DNA of 64,000 nucleotides from Candidatus Eiseniibacteriota bacterium (GCA_963792585.1 CAWBWI010000001.1:1536001-1600000), one strand, 5' to 3'. Positions 41,640 through 53,236 are shown, counted from the first letter of the stretch. Notes: generated by a model from the letters alone, not told the origin. Numbers and translations are program-made.

Positions 41640-42710
41640 GGATGGGCCTCGATCCAGGCTTGCCGGCCGAGCTTCGGTGAGCCATCGAGCCGCCGCATGG
41701 CGATCGACGAGAGACGGGCGGCGTATGCCTCCTGCCCCGCCGGATCATTGGGGAACCTGCGAAGCGCGAGCGCGGCCGCGATGTGCGCGGCGGGATCATG
41801 GATCCCAGCCCAGCAAAACAGTTCCAGATTCGAAGAGCGATCGAACAGCCAGGCACCCGTCCGCTCGAGGAAGTCCGCCTGAGCGGCTTCCGAGGAACCG
41901 AGTGAGGAGTCCGATGGGTACCCGGCCTCCAGGATCGCGAACCGGCCCCCCAGCCAGGGGCTGATGGCGGTCTCCATCGCACGGAGGGCCGCCTCCGGCG
42001 TCGGGGTCGCGGCGCCGGCCCCCTCCGTCGCGAGAGAGAGGCCAATTCGATTCCAGCGATCCGAGGACCTCTCGGATGAGCGACTCCTTGCCGTCCTCGC
42101 CGAGGAGCCGGGGGGAGATCATCGTCCCGATCGCCGCGTTCGGGAACGCCGCGCGTGCCGAGTCGGCGATCGCCGCATAGAAGGCCGCGATCTGCGCGTC
42201 GTTGCCCGCATAGAGCGCTGCGTGCCGGTCGAGCCCCTCGCCCAGCCAGAGGTAGGCGATCATCCCATCCGCCCGGAACGCGAGTTCCCGCAGGAACGCG
42301 GCGAGGCCCGATCGCAAGGTCGGGTCGTCCCAATCCGGGAAAACGGGCCAGCGCCACGCGGGCGCCTCCCCCTCCTCGCCGTGGACGAACTCGAGGACGA
42401 TCGACAGCTTCATGCCGTGGCGGCGGGCTTGTTCCACGTGGGGATCGAACATCGACCAGTTCCGCGTGATCAGGCCTTGCTCGACCTCCGCCCAGGATAG
42501 GGCGAAGTGGCCGATCTGATTCCCGTCTACGTCCAGCGCCTGATAGGCGTCCACCAGAAGGGGATCCACCTGTTCGGAGACGCGTGGTACGACCTGGGCG
42601 CCGTAGAGAGGGGGGTCCGTCGGCTTCGGCTTGGTCGGGCCCGACTTCTGGGTACACCCGATCGCCAGGAGTGCGATTCCGATCCCGCAGATCGTTCGAA
42701 TCCGTGACAT
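41636..42710 (-). CDS. Lipoprotein, possibly glycoside-hydrolase-like TIM barrel; one apparent frameshift near 42050
   Basis: Lipobox LAIGC; removing one base joins ORFs 41796-42752 and 41636-41977 (...SLDRIGLSLATEG...ILEAGYPS...QADF). Confidence 0.65.
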
Positions 42711-42777
42711 GAAGCGCTCCATCCCCCGGGCAGGCATCGTTTGCAATTTCATGGCCTGATCCGGAGAATGTCAAGGA

Positions 42778-44709
42778 ATGTCCAAGCGCTTCGCGGTCAT
42801 GGCCATCTGCGGAGTCTGCCTGTTGACGCGGGCGGCGGCGGCCCAGATCCCTGCGCCGCTCGGTCCACCTTCGGCGCCGATGACGATTCCTCTCCCGGAG
42901 CCGCTCTTTTGGGATCCGATCAACTCCACAGGCGACTACGCCGTCGTCGAGCAGAAGGCGGGGCTCTATCTGCTCCGGCCGGGCACGGGGCGCGTCATCG
43001 CGAAGCTGGTGGCCCGCAGCCTGGAAGCATCCCAACCGCTCGGGGCAAACCGCTCGGAGCACAGACCGCCGGGACCCGAAGTCCTTCCAGCTCCCCCCGG
43101 CTGGCCGTTCCAGACGAGCGACGCGATTCCGGCGACCCCGCTCGTCGACGATGTCGATCGGGATGGTTCACCGGATCTCGTCTGCGTCACGCGGGAGGGG
43201 TGGGTGTGGGTTGTGGGCGCCGATGCGCTTCCGCCGGCGGGATGGCCTGTCCGCCTCGGTGTCGGCTGCCAGGCGGCTCCCGGGCTGGCCGATCTGGATG
43301 GCGATGGCCTGCCCGAGATCCTCGTCGGGGACCTCCAGGGAAGCGTGCATGCGCTTCGCCGCGACGGGACCTATGTGCGCGGATGGCCGGCCAGAATTCC
43401 AGGGCGGGCGGGAATGCCCGCGATATTCGGGGCCGTGGTCGCGGCCGATCTCGATCGGGACGGGACGATCGAGGTGATCGTGACCCAAGCGTCAGGACGC
43501 GTGTGCGTCTTTAGGGCGGACGGCCGCGTCGTGCCCGGATGGCCGGTCGCCACGACGCCCGCGGTGGATCCGCCGAACGCAGGGGCGATCTTCGGCCGCC
43601 CAGCGGTTGGGGATATCGACGGCGATGGCCGGCTGGAGGTGATCGCCGCGGCGAACAACTATGGTGTCTACGCGTGGAAGGCAAATGGGGGGATCGCGCG
43701 GGGCTGGCCCCGCCTGCTCGACAATCGGGGCCGCGCCGGCTACGGCGATCCGGTCCTCGTCGATATCGCCGGCGACGGGAAGCCGGAGATCCTCGTCACC
43801 ACCGATCAAGGATTCAGCGGTCCCCCGCGCGTCTACGCATTCGACGGGGCCGGCCGGCCGGTCAAGGGATGGCCCGCCATACTTCCGGAGCGGTGCAACG
43901 CGGGCGTGGCCGCCGGGGATCTCGACGGCGATGGATCCACGGAGATCGTCGCCGCGACGGTCGGCGCCGACGCTTGGATTTGCGTCTGGGGCGCCGACGG
44001 GCGGCCGCGGAGGGGATTCCCCGTCGGGCTGGCCGGGATGTCCGCCAACTCGGCACCGATTCTCGCCGACGTGAGCGGAGACGAGCTGCCGGACATCATC
44101 GTGGCGGCGACCCGAGCCCACTTCGATCCGGCGGCGGCCCTGATCGCTTTCGATCGCCATGGGAATCTGATCGAACCATTCCCCGTCCGCATCGAGGGGG
44201 CCGAAATCGTCTGCGGTGGCCCGTGCGCCCATGATCTGAACGGCGACGGACGTCTCGAACTCGTGCTCGGCACCGAGGTGCAGGGAAAGCTCTACGCGTG
44301 GGAGACCATGGGAAGCTCTGTCGCGACGGCCTCTCCGTGGCCCCGCGCCGGCTTCGACGCGGCGAACACCGGCCATTACGTCTCTCCGAACTCCCGGCCC
44401 GCCCCTGCACCACCCCACATCGCGGGATCGCCGGCGCAACCCGCGATCGAGCCGCCCCCGGCAGCCTTCTCCCCACTCCAGTCGGTCTCCTTCATCCTAG
44501 GCCGCGAGGGTCACGTCCGGCTGTGCGTGTCCAACGTCCAGGGGGTCGCCGTGCGCACCCTGCTCGATTCATCCCTCCCGACGGGAGCCTATGCCATCGC
44601 ATGGAACGGGCTGGATGATTACGGCCACGCCGCGCCTCCAGGGGTGTACTTCTACGATCTCTCCACGCCGGAGCGGCAGGCACACGGGCAGCTACTGCTG
44701 CTTCGCTGA
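42778..44709 (+). CDS. Secreted FG-GAP/VCBS repeat protein with FlgD-Ig-like C-terminal domain
   Basis: Repeats DLDGDGxxEI with GWP; tail VRTLLD...WNGLDDYG...PGVYFY. Confidence 0.88.
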   Translation: MSKRFAVMAICGVCLLTRAAAAQIPAPLGPPSAPMTIPLPEPLFWDPINSTGDYAVVEQKAGLYLLRPGTGRVIAKLVARSLEASQPLGANRSEHRPPGPEVLPAPPGWPFQTSDAIPATPLVDDVDRDGSPDLVCVTREGWVWVVGADALPPAGWPVRLGVGCQAAPGLADLDGDGLPEILVGDLQGSVHALRRDGTYVRGWPARIPGRAGMPAIFGAVVAADLDRDGTIEVIVTQASGRVCVFRADGRVVPGWPVATTPAVDPPNAGAIFGRPAVGDIDGDGRLEVIAAANNYGVYAWKANGGIARGWPRLLDNRGRAGYGDPVLVDIAGDGKPEILVTTDQGFSGPPRVYAFDGAGRPVKGWPAILPERCNAGVAAGDLDGDGSTEIVAATVGADAWICVWGADGRPRRGFPVGLAGMSANSAPILADVSGDELPDIIVAATRAHFDPAAALIAFDRHGNLIEPFPVRIEGAEIVCGGPCAHDLNGDGRLELVLGTEVQGKLYAWETMGSSVATASPWPRAGFDAANTGHYVSPNSRPAPAPPHIAGSPAQPAIEPPPAAFSPLQSVSFILGREGHVRLCVSNVQGVAVRTLLDSSLPTGAYAIAWNGLDDYGHAAPPGVYFYDLSTPERQAHGQLLLLR

Positions 44710-44872
44710 CTCTTTCCCGAACAGCCCCGAATTCGATGGCGTCGCCGCGCGGGCGCGGCGATTTCGCGGCCGGCGTCTCGGGGTGTAAGATCCATCCGGC
44801 ATCGTGAATCTGGACCGCAGGGGAGAGGCCCGGCGGCGGCCGGGTTCGGAGTGGGTGGAAGGGAGGAGAATC

Positions 44873-46321
44873 ATGGTGGATCCGGCCGGTGCGCGACCCC
44901 AGAGTGACCCTGTGGAGAAGCTGCTCGCCCTCGCGCGCGAGAAGCACATTGAAACGATCGACCTGAAGTTCGTCAGCCTTCTCGGCCGCTGGCACCACCT
45001 GAGCATCCCCGCGGAACGGCTGGACACGGAGCTCATCCGATACGGCGTCGGCTTCGACGGCTCGAGTGTCCCGGGCTACAGCCGGATCGCGTCGAGCGAC
45101 ATGACGCTGATCCCCGATCCCGAAACGGCGATTCTCGATCCATTCTGGGATCGACCGACGCTGAGCCTGGTCTGCGACATCTATCGGGGCGATGGGAAAC
45201 CCTATCGCAGGGATCCCCGGGGCGTGGCGCGAAGGGCCGAGGCGTTCATGCTCTCGACCGGGATCGCGGACGCGGCGATGATGAGCCCCGAGTTCGAGTT
45301 CTACATCTTCGATTCCGTGCGCCACCGTTGTGACGTACAGACGACCTTCTACTCGATCGACTCGGTCGAGGCCGAGTGGAATTCCGACAGCACCGAGGGA
45401 GGCGGCTCCCGAATCCCCCCCGGCGGCGGCTACCATGCGCTTCCGCCGCAGGACCGCCTCTACCGGCTCCGCGAGCAGATGTCGCGACTCGTGAACGACG
45501 CGGGGATCCCGGTCAAGTACCACCACCACGAGGGAGGCGGCCCCGGCCAGTCGGAGATCGAGATTCTCTTCCATCCCCTCCTGCACGCCGGGGATGTGAC
45601 GATGACCGTCAAGTATCTCGTGCGGATGGCCGCCGATCGCGACGGACGCGTCGCGACCTTCATGCCAAAGCCGCTCTGGGACGTCGCGGGGAGCGGGATG
45701 CACATCCACCAGCACCTGTTCAAGGAGGGTCGACCCCTCTTCTGGCAGGACGGCGCCTGGGCCGATCTGAGTGAGCTGGCCCACTACTATATCGGCGGTC
45801 TCCTCCACCACGGGCGCGCCCTGCTCGCGCTCACGAACCCGAGCACGAACTCCTACAAGCGGCTCGTTCCCGGATTCGAGGCGCCCGTCAACCTGATCTA
45901 CGGACTCGCCAACCGCAGCGCGGCCGTGCGGATCCCGGAAGCGGGGCGCACGCCCGAGACGAAGCGAATCGAGTTCCGTCCGCCCGATGCGACCTGCAAC
46001 ATCTATCTTGCGATGTCCGGCATGCTGCTCGCCGGGCTCGACGGCATCCGAAAGAAAATCGATCCGCGGGCGCTGGGGTACGGTCCGTTCGACCAGAACA
46101 TCATGAAGCTCTCCGAGGAGCAACGGCGGATGCTCGGGACGCTCCCGCTCTCGCTCGATGAAGCGTTGCGCGCGCTGGACGAGGATCACGAGTTCCTGAT
46201 GGAAGGGGATGTATTCGACGAGGACATCCTCCAGGCATGGACGGAGCTCAAGCGCAGAGATGCCCTCGACGTGCGTAACCGCCCGCACCCGAGAGAAATC
46301 GCGCTCTACTTCGACGTCTAG
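44873..46321 (+). CDS. glnA: Type I glutamine synthetase
   Basis: GFDGSS, PEFEFY, HHHE, ATFMPKP, GSGMHIH, NSYKRLVPGFEAP, NRSAAVRIP, RIEFRPPD; GGAGGAG RBS. Confidence 0.96.
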   Translation: MVDPAGARPQSDPVEKLLALAREKHIETIDLKFVSLLGRWHHLSIPAERLDTELIRYGVGFDGSSVPGYSRIASSDMTLIPDPETAILDPFWDRPTLSLVCDIYRGDGKPYRRDPRGVARRAEAFMLSTGIADAAMMSPEFEFYIFDSVRHRCDVQTTFYSIDSVEAEWNSDSTEGGGSRIPPGGGYHALPPQDRLYRLREQMSRLVNDAGIPVKYHHHEGGGPGQSEIEILFHPLLHAGDVTMTVKYLVRMAADRDGRVATFMPKPLWDVAGSGMHIHQHLFKEGRPLFWQDGAWADLSELAHYYIGGLLHHGRALLALTNPSTNSYKRLVPGFEAPVNLIYGLANRSAAVRIPEAGRTPETKRIEFRPPDATCNIYLAMSGMLLAGLDGIRKKIDPRALGYGPFDQNIMKLSEEQRRMLGTLPLSLDEALRALDEDHEFLMEGDVFDEDILQAWTELKRRDALDVRNRPHPREIALYFDV

Positions 46322-46340
46322 TGCCGCCGGCGACTTCGCC

Positions 46341-46377
46341 CCGACCCGCCCCCCGGTTGTTCCGACGGGCGGGTCGG
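46341..46377 (+). terminator. Hairpin after glnA
   Basis: CCGACCCGCCC...GGGCGGGTCGG with only a weak T-tail. Confidence 0.5.
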
Positions 46378-46427
46378 TCTATACTCGGCAGGCGTCCGCC
46401 GACTCGCGTCTGCAACAGGAGGGACCC

Positions 46428-48098
46428 ATGCGCCATCCCGGTATCGATCGCCACCGGAGGATCCGGCCGTTGCTGCCGGCTGTTCTCCTACTGCTTCCCC
46501 TCAGCGCCCACGCACAGATGCAGATCAATGTCACTCCAGACGGGCATGAGACCGCGATCGCGGTCTGCAGGCCCGCCGCGCCCGAGGAGGCTCGAGATCC
46601 GCGGGTGAACCCCGATGGGTGGGTCCAGGATGGACCCCGCGAATCGTTCACCCGGGGGACGGTTCCTCTTCCCCTCGTCCCGAACTGGGTCGGCACGCGC
46701 ATCCGGGCGACCGGGGTTCTGCTCTGGGGAGACGCGGATGGCGACAGCGATCCGGACCTCTTCGTCGGAACCTACTGGGCGAGTCAGTGGCCGCCGCTGG
46801 TGGACTACTACAACTTCCTCTACCTGAACAACGGCGGGATGCTCGAGGCCAATCCGAGCTGGATCTCGTCGGACGAGAAGCACACATCCGACGCGGGCTG
46901 GGCGCGCATTAACAGCGATGCCTACCCGGACCTCTTCTGCGCGAACGGGGGCTCCTCCCTCCAGCCGAGCCAGATCTTCTACGGACGCGACGGTCTCCTA
47001 CCGATCACGGCGGGATGGCAGAATGCCGGCGGCACCTGGACGACCGGCTCTTCGCTGGCCGACTTCGATCTGGACGGCGACGTAGATGTCGCGACCTCGA
47101 ATCAGGGCATCTCCCCCAATCCCTACCGGCCGACCTATGTCTACAGGAACACGGGCGCCGGGCTCGAGACGAGTCCATGGTGGCAGTCCAGCCAGGTCGG
47201 AATCACCAGCGACTGCGATTGGGGCGACATGAATGGCGACGGCCGGCCCGACCTTGCCGTCTCCGGATGGGTCGGATGGGAGACGGGCGTCTTCCGGAAT
47301 CTCGGGACCACGCTCGATCCCAGCTTCGTCTGGACCACGGGCCACCCCGAGCGGACGGACAAAGGGGTGGGATGGGCGCGCGCGGACCAAGACACCATGC
47401 CCGACCTCGCGGTCGGCGGCAACGGGGGCCCTGACTGGCTGTTCCACAACGAGGGAACAGTGCTCGGCGCGAACCCCGTTTGGGCATCCAGCGAAGCCTA
47501 CACGGGCTGCCAGGACCTGACCTGGGTCGACATCGACCGTGACGGCGATCAGGATCTCGCCATGATTCACTTCTCGACCGGCCATGCCCGGATCTACCTG
47601 AACAACGATGGGGCCCTCTCGACGACAGCCGACTGGCAATACGATGCGGCATCGAGCGGGACCGCCATCGCGTTCGGTGACGTCAACGGCGACGGCTGGC
47701 CGGACCTCGCGATCGGCATGGCCAACGGGCCGATCGAGTTGTTTCTGAACCAGCAGTTGCCGGCGGGCGTCGAGCAGTCCGCCGCGGATCTGCCCTCCGG
47801 GGGTGCGGTCTCGATTCTGACGGGCCCGAATCCCTTCTCGGACCGACTCACCGTCACGTTGGAATCGGGTTCCCCGATCGGGGTGAGGTCGGTTGCGCTC
47901 TATGATGTCTCCGGCCGATGGGTGGCGGATCTGAAGGCTCCATCCTCCTTGCCTACCTACGCCAGGATGACCACGTGGAGCGTGACGGACCTCGCTAAGA
48001 GCATGCGCCCGGGCGTCTACGTGGTCCGCACCTCGCTCGTCGACCCCGACGGCGTGACGAAAAGCGTCAGCGCGAAGGTCGTGCACTTCGGACGTTGA
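46428..48098 (+). CDS. Secreted FG-GAP/VCBS repeat protein with T9SS-like C-terminal domain
   Basis: WGDxDGDxxxDL repeats; tail GPNPFS...YDVSGR...PGVYVVR. Confidence 0.88.
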   Translation: MRHPGIDRHRRIRPLLPAVLLLLPLSAHAQMQINVTPDGHETAIAVCRPAAPEEARDPRVNPDGWVQDGPRESFTRGTVPLPLVPNWVGTRIRATGVLLWGDADGDSDPDLFVGTYWASQWPPLVDYYNFLYLNNGGMLEANPSWISSDEKHTSDAGWARINSDAYPDLFCANGGSSLQPSQIFYGRDGLLPITAGWQNAGGTWTTGSSLADFDLDGDVDVATSNQGISPNPYRPTYVYRNTGAGLETSPWWQSSQVGITSDCDWGDMNGDGRPDLAVSGWVGWETGVFRNLGTTLDPSFVWTTGHPERTDKGVGWARADQDTMPDLAVGGNGGPDWLFHNEGTVLGANPVWASSEAYTGCQDLTWVDIDRDGDQDLAMIHFSTGHARIYLNNDGALSTTADWQYDAASSGTAIAFGDVNGDGWPDLAIGMANGPIELFLNQQLPAGVEQSAADLPSGGAVSILTGPNPFSDRLTVTLESGSPIGVRSVALYDVSGRWVADLKAPSSLPTYARMTTWSVTDLAKSMRPGVYVVRTSLVDPDGVTKSVSAKVVHFGR

Positions 48099-48299
48099 TG
48101 CGTTGCTGGGGTGGGCCCGCGTCCTATCGGCCGGCGTCGCGCGGTTTGTCCCCGACCGGACCGGCGCGACGCCGCTACCGCGGTCCGTGGAGATGGTGTA
48201 TCCTCCTCGCGATTGCCGAGCGGGAAGCGTCCGTCGACCGCGCCCGCTTCCAGGTCCTCCGCCGGACGCGGGGGTTGGGATGTGAGGAGGGGCTAACGC

Positions 48300-49208
48300 A
48301 TGCCGGTCGGGGAATCCATGAATGATCCGAGGTCCGATCTCTCCGATTGCCGCATCCGGTCCGTCGCGATCGCGGTGACGTTTTCGGTTGCTCTCGGGGC
48401 GCTCGTCTGTGGTGCAGGCTGCATGACCCGCTCGGGCACTCCCGTCTGGGGAGCCGACTCCACCCTCGTCTATCCGTCGAAAATGGCAACTGACGTCAAC
48501 GCGACGATCCGCTTCCAATTGAAGGAAAGCGCCGCCCGCGACGCCGTCAGGAAGGCGGACAAGGACCGTCGGCGGGAGATCTCGAAGCTCCGCCGTCAGC
48601 GCGACAACATCCTGGCCCTCGAGGAGGAACGCGAGCGAAAGGCCAAGGCGGACGCCAAGCGCAAGGCCAGCGCGGAGAAGAAGGCGAAGGGAAAGAAAAA
48701 GAAGAAGAACGCCGTGGATCCGGTCCCCAATGCGGTCGAATCGATGGCCCTGCGCCCCAACCCCGCCATCCGCGACAGTCTCGCCTCGATCGAGTCCAGA
48801 CTCGTCGTTCTCGCGGCCGAGGATTCCGTCTCCGCGCTGATCCCGTGGAAGCTCAAACGTGAGGACGGTTCGGCCGGCGAGGAGCATTCGTTCGAGATCG
48901 AAGAGGGAGCCCGCGTCCAGGCCACGGTTCGATTCGAGAACGTGTATGCGCGCGGCAAGCGCCCCCTGATGATTCACTTCGTCTGGACCAACCCGGCGCA
49001 GAAACGCGTATTCAAGCGCATGGTCGAGTACACGCCGAACGACTCGACCCAGTCCCTGACGAGCGGCCTTTCGATCACCCCGACCAAGAGGTCCGCGGGA
49101 CACTATTCCCTCCAGGTATTCCTCTTCCGCGAGCAAATCGCCGAGAAGTCATTCGAGCTGACCGGCAAGGGAATGGAGGAGAACGAGAAGGGCGACGACG
49201 CGATGTAG
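48300..49208 (+). CDS. Putative lipoprotein with Lys/Arg-rich coiled segment and C-terminal beta-sandwich
   Basis: AGGAGG RBS; hydrophobic stretch ending VCGAGC; KKAKGKKKKKN; YSLQVFLFREQIAEKSFEL. Confidence 0.7.
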   Translation: MPVGESMNDPRSDLSDCRIRSVAIAVTFSVALGALVCGAGCMTRSGTPVWGADSTLVYPSKMATDVNATIRFQLKESAARDAVRKADKDRRREISKLRRQRDNILALEEERERKAKADAKRKASAEKKAKGKKKKKNAVDPVPNAVESMALRPNPAIRDSLASIESRLVVLAAEDSVSALIPWKLKREDGSAGEEHSFEIEEGARVQATVRFENVYARGKRPLMIHFVWTNPAQKRVFKRMVEYTPNDSTQSLTSGLSITPTKRSAGHYSLQVFLFREQIAEKSFELTGKGMEENEKGDDAM

Positions 49209-49270
49209 GGACGCGGCGTGAATGCGCACGGCGTCGGCCCGACAGGGGGCCATGCGCGACCCCGATACAA

Positions 49271-49307
49271 ACCCCGCCCGAGCTGACCGACGGCTCTCGG
49301 GCGGGGT
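49271..49307. terminator. Hairpin between convergent genes
   Basis: ACCCCGCCCGAG...CTCGGGCGGGGT. Confidence 0.55.
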
Positions 49308-49340
49308 CTTCAATTCGCGGGACCGTGCCCGGGCGGGCGA

Positions 49341-50516
49341 TCAGATCATCTGGAGAATCTTGTTCTTGTGCTTCAGCTTGAGATTCCAGAACCAGAGGCT
49401 GAGCGGGTACATGACCAGGAGTAGAGCGACCCAGCCGACGAAGGACGCTGTCACCGCCCCCTGGCGATAGTAGACCCCGAATCGGTTCGCCACGATTCCG
49501 AGCAATGTGAGGTGCATGCAGTAGAAGAAGAACGGCACGCGTCCGACCCCTCCCAACCAGCGGACGCCGGGCATCGCGAACTGGCCGATGAAGTGCATCG
49601 TCCCCACCATGAAGCTCACTGCGCCGAAGAACCAGAGGTTGTGGAATAGGTTCGGCGGGTACTTCGAATCGAGGAAGAACGAAATCTGCGGGAAGGCATA
49701 CCAATCCGTCGAGTTGCCCCACCCGCGACCGAAGCGAACGATCATCGCGACGGCGATCGCGGCGAGGCCGATCCCCCAGCTCATCAGGACGCGTCGCTTC
49801 ACGGTCTTCCAGCCGCCGAACCAACCAACCGCCATCACCGAACCCAAGGTTCCCAACCCGAACCACGGAAGGACCGGGTACTTGTTCCAATCCCCCGCGT
49901 CCACGAAGGTCTGCATGAGAATCCGCTGCCAGAGGACGCCCTCGCTGTAGGGAATCCTGATGAGGAACGTGTGGGCTACGAAGGCGGCGAGGCCGACGGC
50001 AAGGCGAGTCTGCCAGCGCGTGTGAAGGATCAGAGCCAGCATGCACATCGAAATCCCGATGGTGGAAATGATTCCGATGTGGTCGATCCTGTATTTGTCG
50101 AGGCGGAAGGCGACCCAGGCCAGGTTGACCCATGTGATCTGCATCAGGATCAGGAAGAGGCCGCGCTGGATCAGGTGCCATTTCGCCTGCCAGTCGGTGG
50201 CCCCCGACGCGCGACGGCGCGAATAGGAGAACCAGCTCACCGCGCCGTTCATCATGAGGAAGCCCGGAGCGCAAAGATACCCCATGTAGCGCAGTCCAAA
50301 TTGTCCGGCACTGTTGAAGAGCGGGTCGAACATGTCGAGGGTCTTCCAGGCGCCGTTGAAATACCCCGAGCTGTGACCCAAGGCCATCATGACCCCGATG
50401 AGCCCTCGAAACTGATCGATGAAGGGAAAGCGATCCCTGCCGGTCGACTTCTTCTTCGGTGGGGCGCTCTCGACCGCCGGAATGGTGGCGATCTTCTCCG
50501 TCGGACCCCCGCCCAT
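49341..50516 (-). CDS. DUF1624/HGSNAT-like membrane acyltransferase
   Basis: RFPFIDQFRGL..MALGH, LCAPGF, QRGLFL, YPVLPW, KYPP. Confidence 0.82.
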   Translation of the reverse strand: MGGGPTEKIATIPAVESAPPKKKSTGRDRFPFIDQFRGLIGVMMALGHSSGYFNGAWKTLDMFDPLFNSAGQFGLRYMGYLCAPGFLMMNGAVSWFSYSRRRASGATDWQAKWHLIQRGLFLILMQITWVNLAWVAFRLDKYRIDHIGIISTIGISMCMLALILHTRWQTRLAVGLAAFVAHTFLIRIPYSEGVLWQRILMQTFVDAGDWNKYPVLPWFGLGTLGSVMAVGWFGGWKTVKRRVLMSWGIGLAAIAVAMIVRFGRGWGNSTDWYAFPQISFFLDSKYPPNLFHNLWFFGAVSFMVGTMHFIGQFAMPGVRWLGGVGRVPFFFYCMHLTLLGIVANRFGVYYRQGAVTASFVGWVALLLVMYPLSLWFWNLKLKHKNKILQMI

Positions 50517-50809
50517 GCCTCATCCTCCCCGCTACTCGGTCCGTTCTGGCTCGCGGAAGGCGGCTCTCGAGCGTCTGCCTCCCCCGCTTGGATGCAACCG
50601 CGCCTGATTCTGACACGCCGCGCGGCGGGGAAACAAGGCCGGATTGGCGCCGTCCCCGGCTTCCGCTCCGTGCGAAGATACCGCGCCGGCGTCGAGCTCC
50701 GCGGCTCACGGGCGAGCGGGAGGTGGGTGCCGGAAGGAGCTGCGCTATGCGCCGACTGGAGGCACCCGCCGAACGCGAGCCTGCACCCCGGCGTTTCCCA
50801 ACCTTCCGG

Positions 50810-53006
50810 CTATCGGCGCGCGCCGCCCCCACGCCGCGACGCGAGCGCTTCCAGCGCCTGGAGGTTCTGGATCGCCATCGGATCGCCCGGCCGCAGAGCA
50901 AGCGCGCGTTCGATGTGCCGCCGCCCCTCGTCGATGCGCCCGGATTCCGCCAGCACGACCCCGAGCTGGACATGGACCATCGCATCTCCCGGACTCAGCG
51001 AAGCCGCCTTCTCGAGCAGGCTCAGGGCCGCATCGGGATGGCCGTCGCTCCGTTCCAGCATGGCCAACTGGGAGATCGCTTCGACATCTTCCGGGGCGCG
51101 CGCGAGGACCGTGGCGAACTCGCGTCGGGCAGCACCGATGGAATCGGCCCGCGCCAGCGTCCCTGCGAGGAATCGGCGAAGCGGCACGGACTCGGGATCG
51201 AGCCGAAGCGCCCGGCGCGCATGGACCGTCGCCTCTCCGCTGCGGCCGACCCGATCGAGGATCTGTCCGGCGAGGAGCGAGGGAGCGATCTCCTCCGGGG
51301 CGATCCTGTGCATCGCGTCCAGCGCGGCAAGCGCCGACGTGATCTCCCCACTTCCCGCCCGCGCCGTGAACGCACCGATGAAATCCTCGTGCCGGGCGCT
51401 CGGATCGAAGGGAATCGCGTACCGGCGCAGGATCCCCTCGTTCGCAGGCCCGCGACGCGCATAGACAAGCGTGTAATCGCCCGCCAGCACACAAGTCCAA
51501 TCGGGATCGTTGCGCAGGCGCGCGCGTAGACCCCGGTCTCGCTCCGGATACGGCACGTGGTTGACCACGGCAATGGTGATGCCATACCGATCGACGACGT
51601 CATCCCATCCCTCGCCCGTCTCGAGCATCCGGCTGTATGCCTTCAGGAAGCCGGGAGGAAAGACGTCGAGCCTGCCCGTCGATGTAGACCTTCACCTGCG
51701 GCCCGAGTTCGTTGATCAAGTAGCCGCCGTACGAAAGCAGGTTGAAGATGTTCCCGGTGGGTCGTTCCTCGCGGAGGAAGCGCGCCGCGGCCACCGGACG
51801 GCTCCCGGGCTCCATCGTGAGGCCGATCTTCTGGACGGATCCTCCACCCATGGGCATGCCGCGCACGAGCGCCACGGCGCCGCCGGCAACCGCCAAGAGG
51901 ATCACCCCAACGCAGGCGACCGCCCCCAACCGACGCCTCCGGCCCAATCCCGTCGCATGCGCCGCGAGCGTCGCCGGCAGTACGACGGAGAACTCGGAAA
52001 GCCCCCGCACCGAGGCGACGGCGAGCAGCGCGAAGAAGGAAGCCGGAAGGAGAAGAGCCCAGCTTGGTCGCTTTCGCGAGTCGTAGATCAGGAGAAGACC
52101 GACGATCGCCGCGGCAATCAGCCCCTTCAGGAAGAAGGCGCCTCGGTAGGCGGGATGCAGAAGGCTGCGAAGTTCGACGATTCCGCCGCGAACTTCTTCG
52201 CTTGCAACAAGGTGGAACGGATAGAGGTGCGCGCGAAGCACGTGAGGATTGATGAGACTCGCCGCCAGGCAGAGACCGAGCGCCAGTGCGCGGTCCCTCC
52301 ACGCGGGCGCAACCGCGGGTTTCTCCCCGCCGATCTTTCCCGAGATCGCCTCCCCTGCCCAGTAGAGGACCAAGAGCGCGAACCCGAGGACGAATCCGGA
52401 ATGGATGTTCGCCCAGACGAGGAAGAGGGGCGCGAGGAGGAAGCGCCAGATCCGCTTGCCCGAATCGGATTCGAGGCGGAGCAGGAGGAGGAGCGCTCCG
52501 AGGAAGAGCGCCGTCAGCATGTGCGGACGCACGAAGGCGCGCGGGGCGATCAGGGGAGCCGCGAGGAGCGCACCGATCGCCGCCCCCGCAACGCGCTCGC
52601 GGGCGCTGCGTCCGACCGTGCCGGCCCATGCGCTCAGCCCCACGGCAAGCCCTGCGAGGAGGGCCTTGAGGATGACGAGCAGGCGGATACCGCCCATGCG
52701 ATCCAGCAGGACGAACAGGACTTCGCTCAACCACTCATGAGTGACCCACTGTCGGCCGAGGGCGGTGTATGTGAACGGATCGGCCTTTGGAATGCCCGCG
52801 CCGGAGAGAATCCGCTTGCCGGTGGCCAGATGCCACCAGATATCGTTGTCCAGCTCCGGCGTGAAGGAGAGGAGACCGGCGAGGGTTACCGCAGCGATCA
52901 GCGCCGCGATCCCCAACGGCGGAACCACACGGATTCCATGCGTGCGATACGACCGGGACGGCGCTCCGTTCTCCGCCTTCTCGCCCGACGCGTCACGCTT
53001 GCGCAT
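50810..53006 (-). CDS. GT-C-like polytopic membrane protein with C-terminal TPRs; one apparent frameshift near 51675
   Basis: DIWWHLATG, DPFTYT, WVTHEWL, RPH, WANIHSGF, INP, GGYLI, YIDGR(LDVF); TPR part in ORF 50810-51628. Confidence 0.75.
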
Positions 53007-53115
53007 GATCGACTCCTCCCCACATCCCGGCGTGTCGCACGGGGCGATTCGAGCATAGCCCACACTGTCATCGGGGTCGAGGCGCCCGACTCCGCACTCG
53101 GGCGCGGCGCCTGTT

Positions 53116-53144
53116 TTGACATCCCACCGTGCGGTGACTAGAGT
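53116..53144 (+). promoter_or_regulatory. Sigma70-type promoter
   Basis: TTGACA-N17-TAGAGT. Confidence 0.65.
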
Positions 53145-53236
53145 TCGCGAGGTTCCTCGCCGCGAGGAGCCGATTCCGTCGCGACGGACTCGCTCCCGAT
53201 CACCGGGACGCCTGCGACCGGGCACGTCCGGATGGG

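Noticed and set aside
44790..44872. Glutamine riboswitch upstream of glnA
   Set aside because: ATCGTG only loosely resembles the motif start; no complementary GAACG strand or GGAAGUA E-loop.
48189..48306. Fluoride (crcB) riboswitch-like GGAGATGGTGT...GCTAAC
   Set aside because: Lacks the AACCGC segment and GCURAUG...URC tail, spacing is long, and the downstream gene is unrelated; TATCCT is more likely a -10 box.
53148..53224. Four short tandem hairpins in the SGNH leader as a guanidine-II riboswitch
   Set aside because: Loops lack ACGR, and short stems are expected by chance at this GC content.
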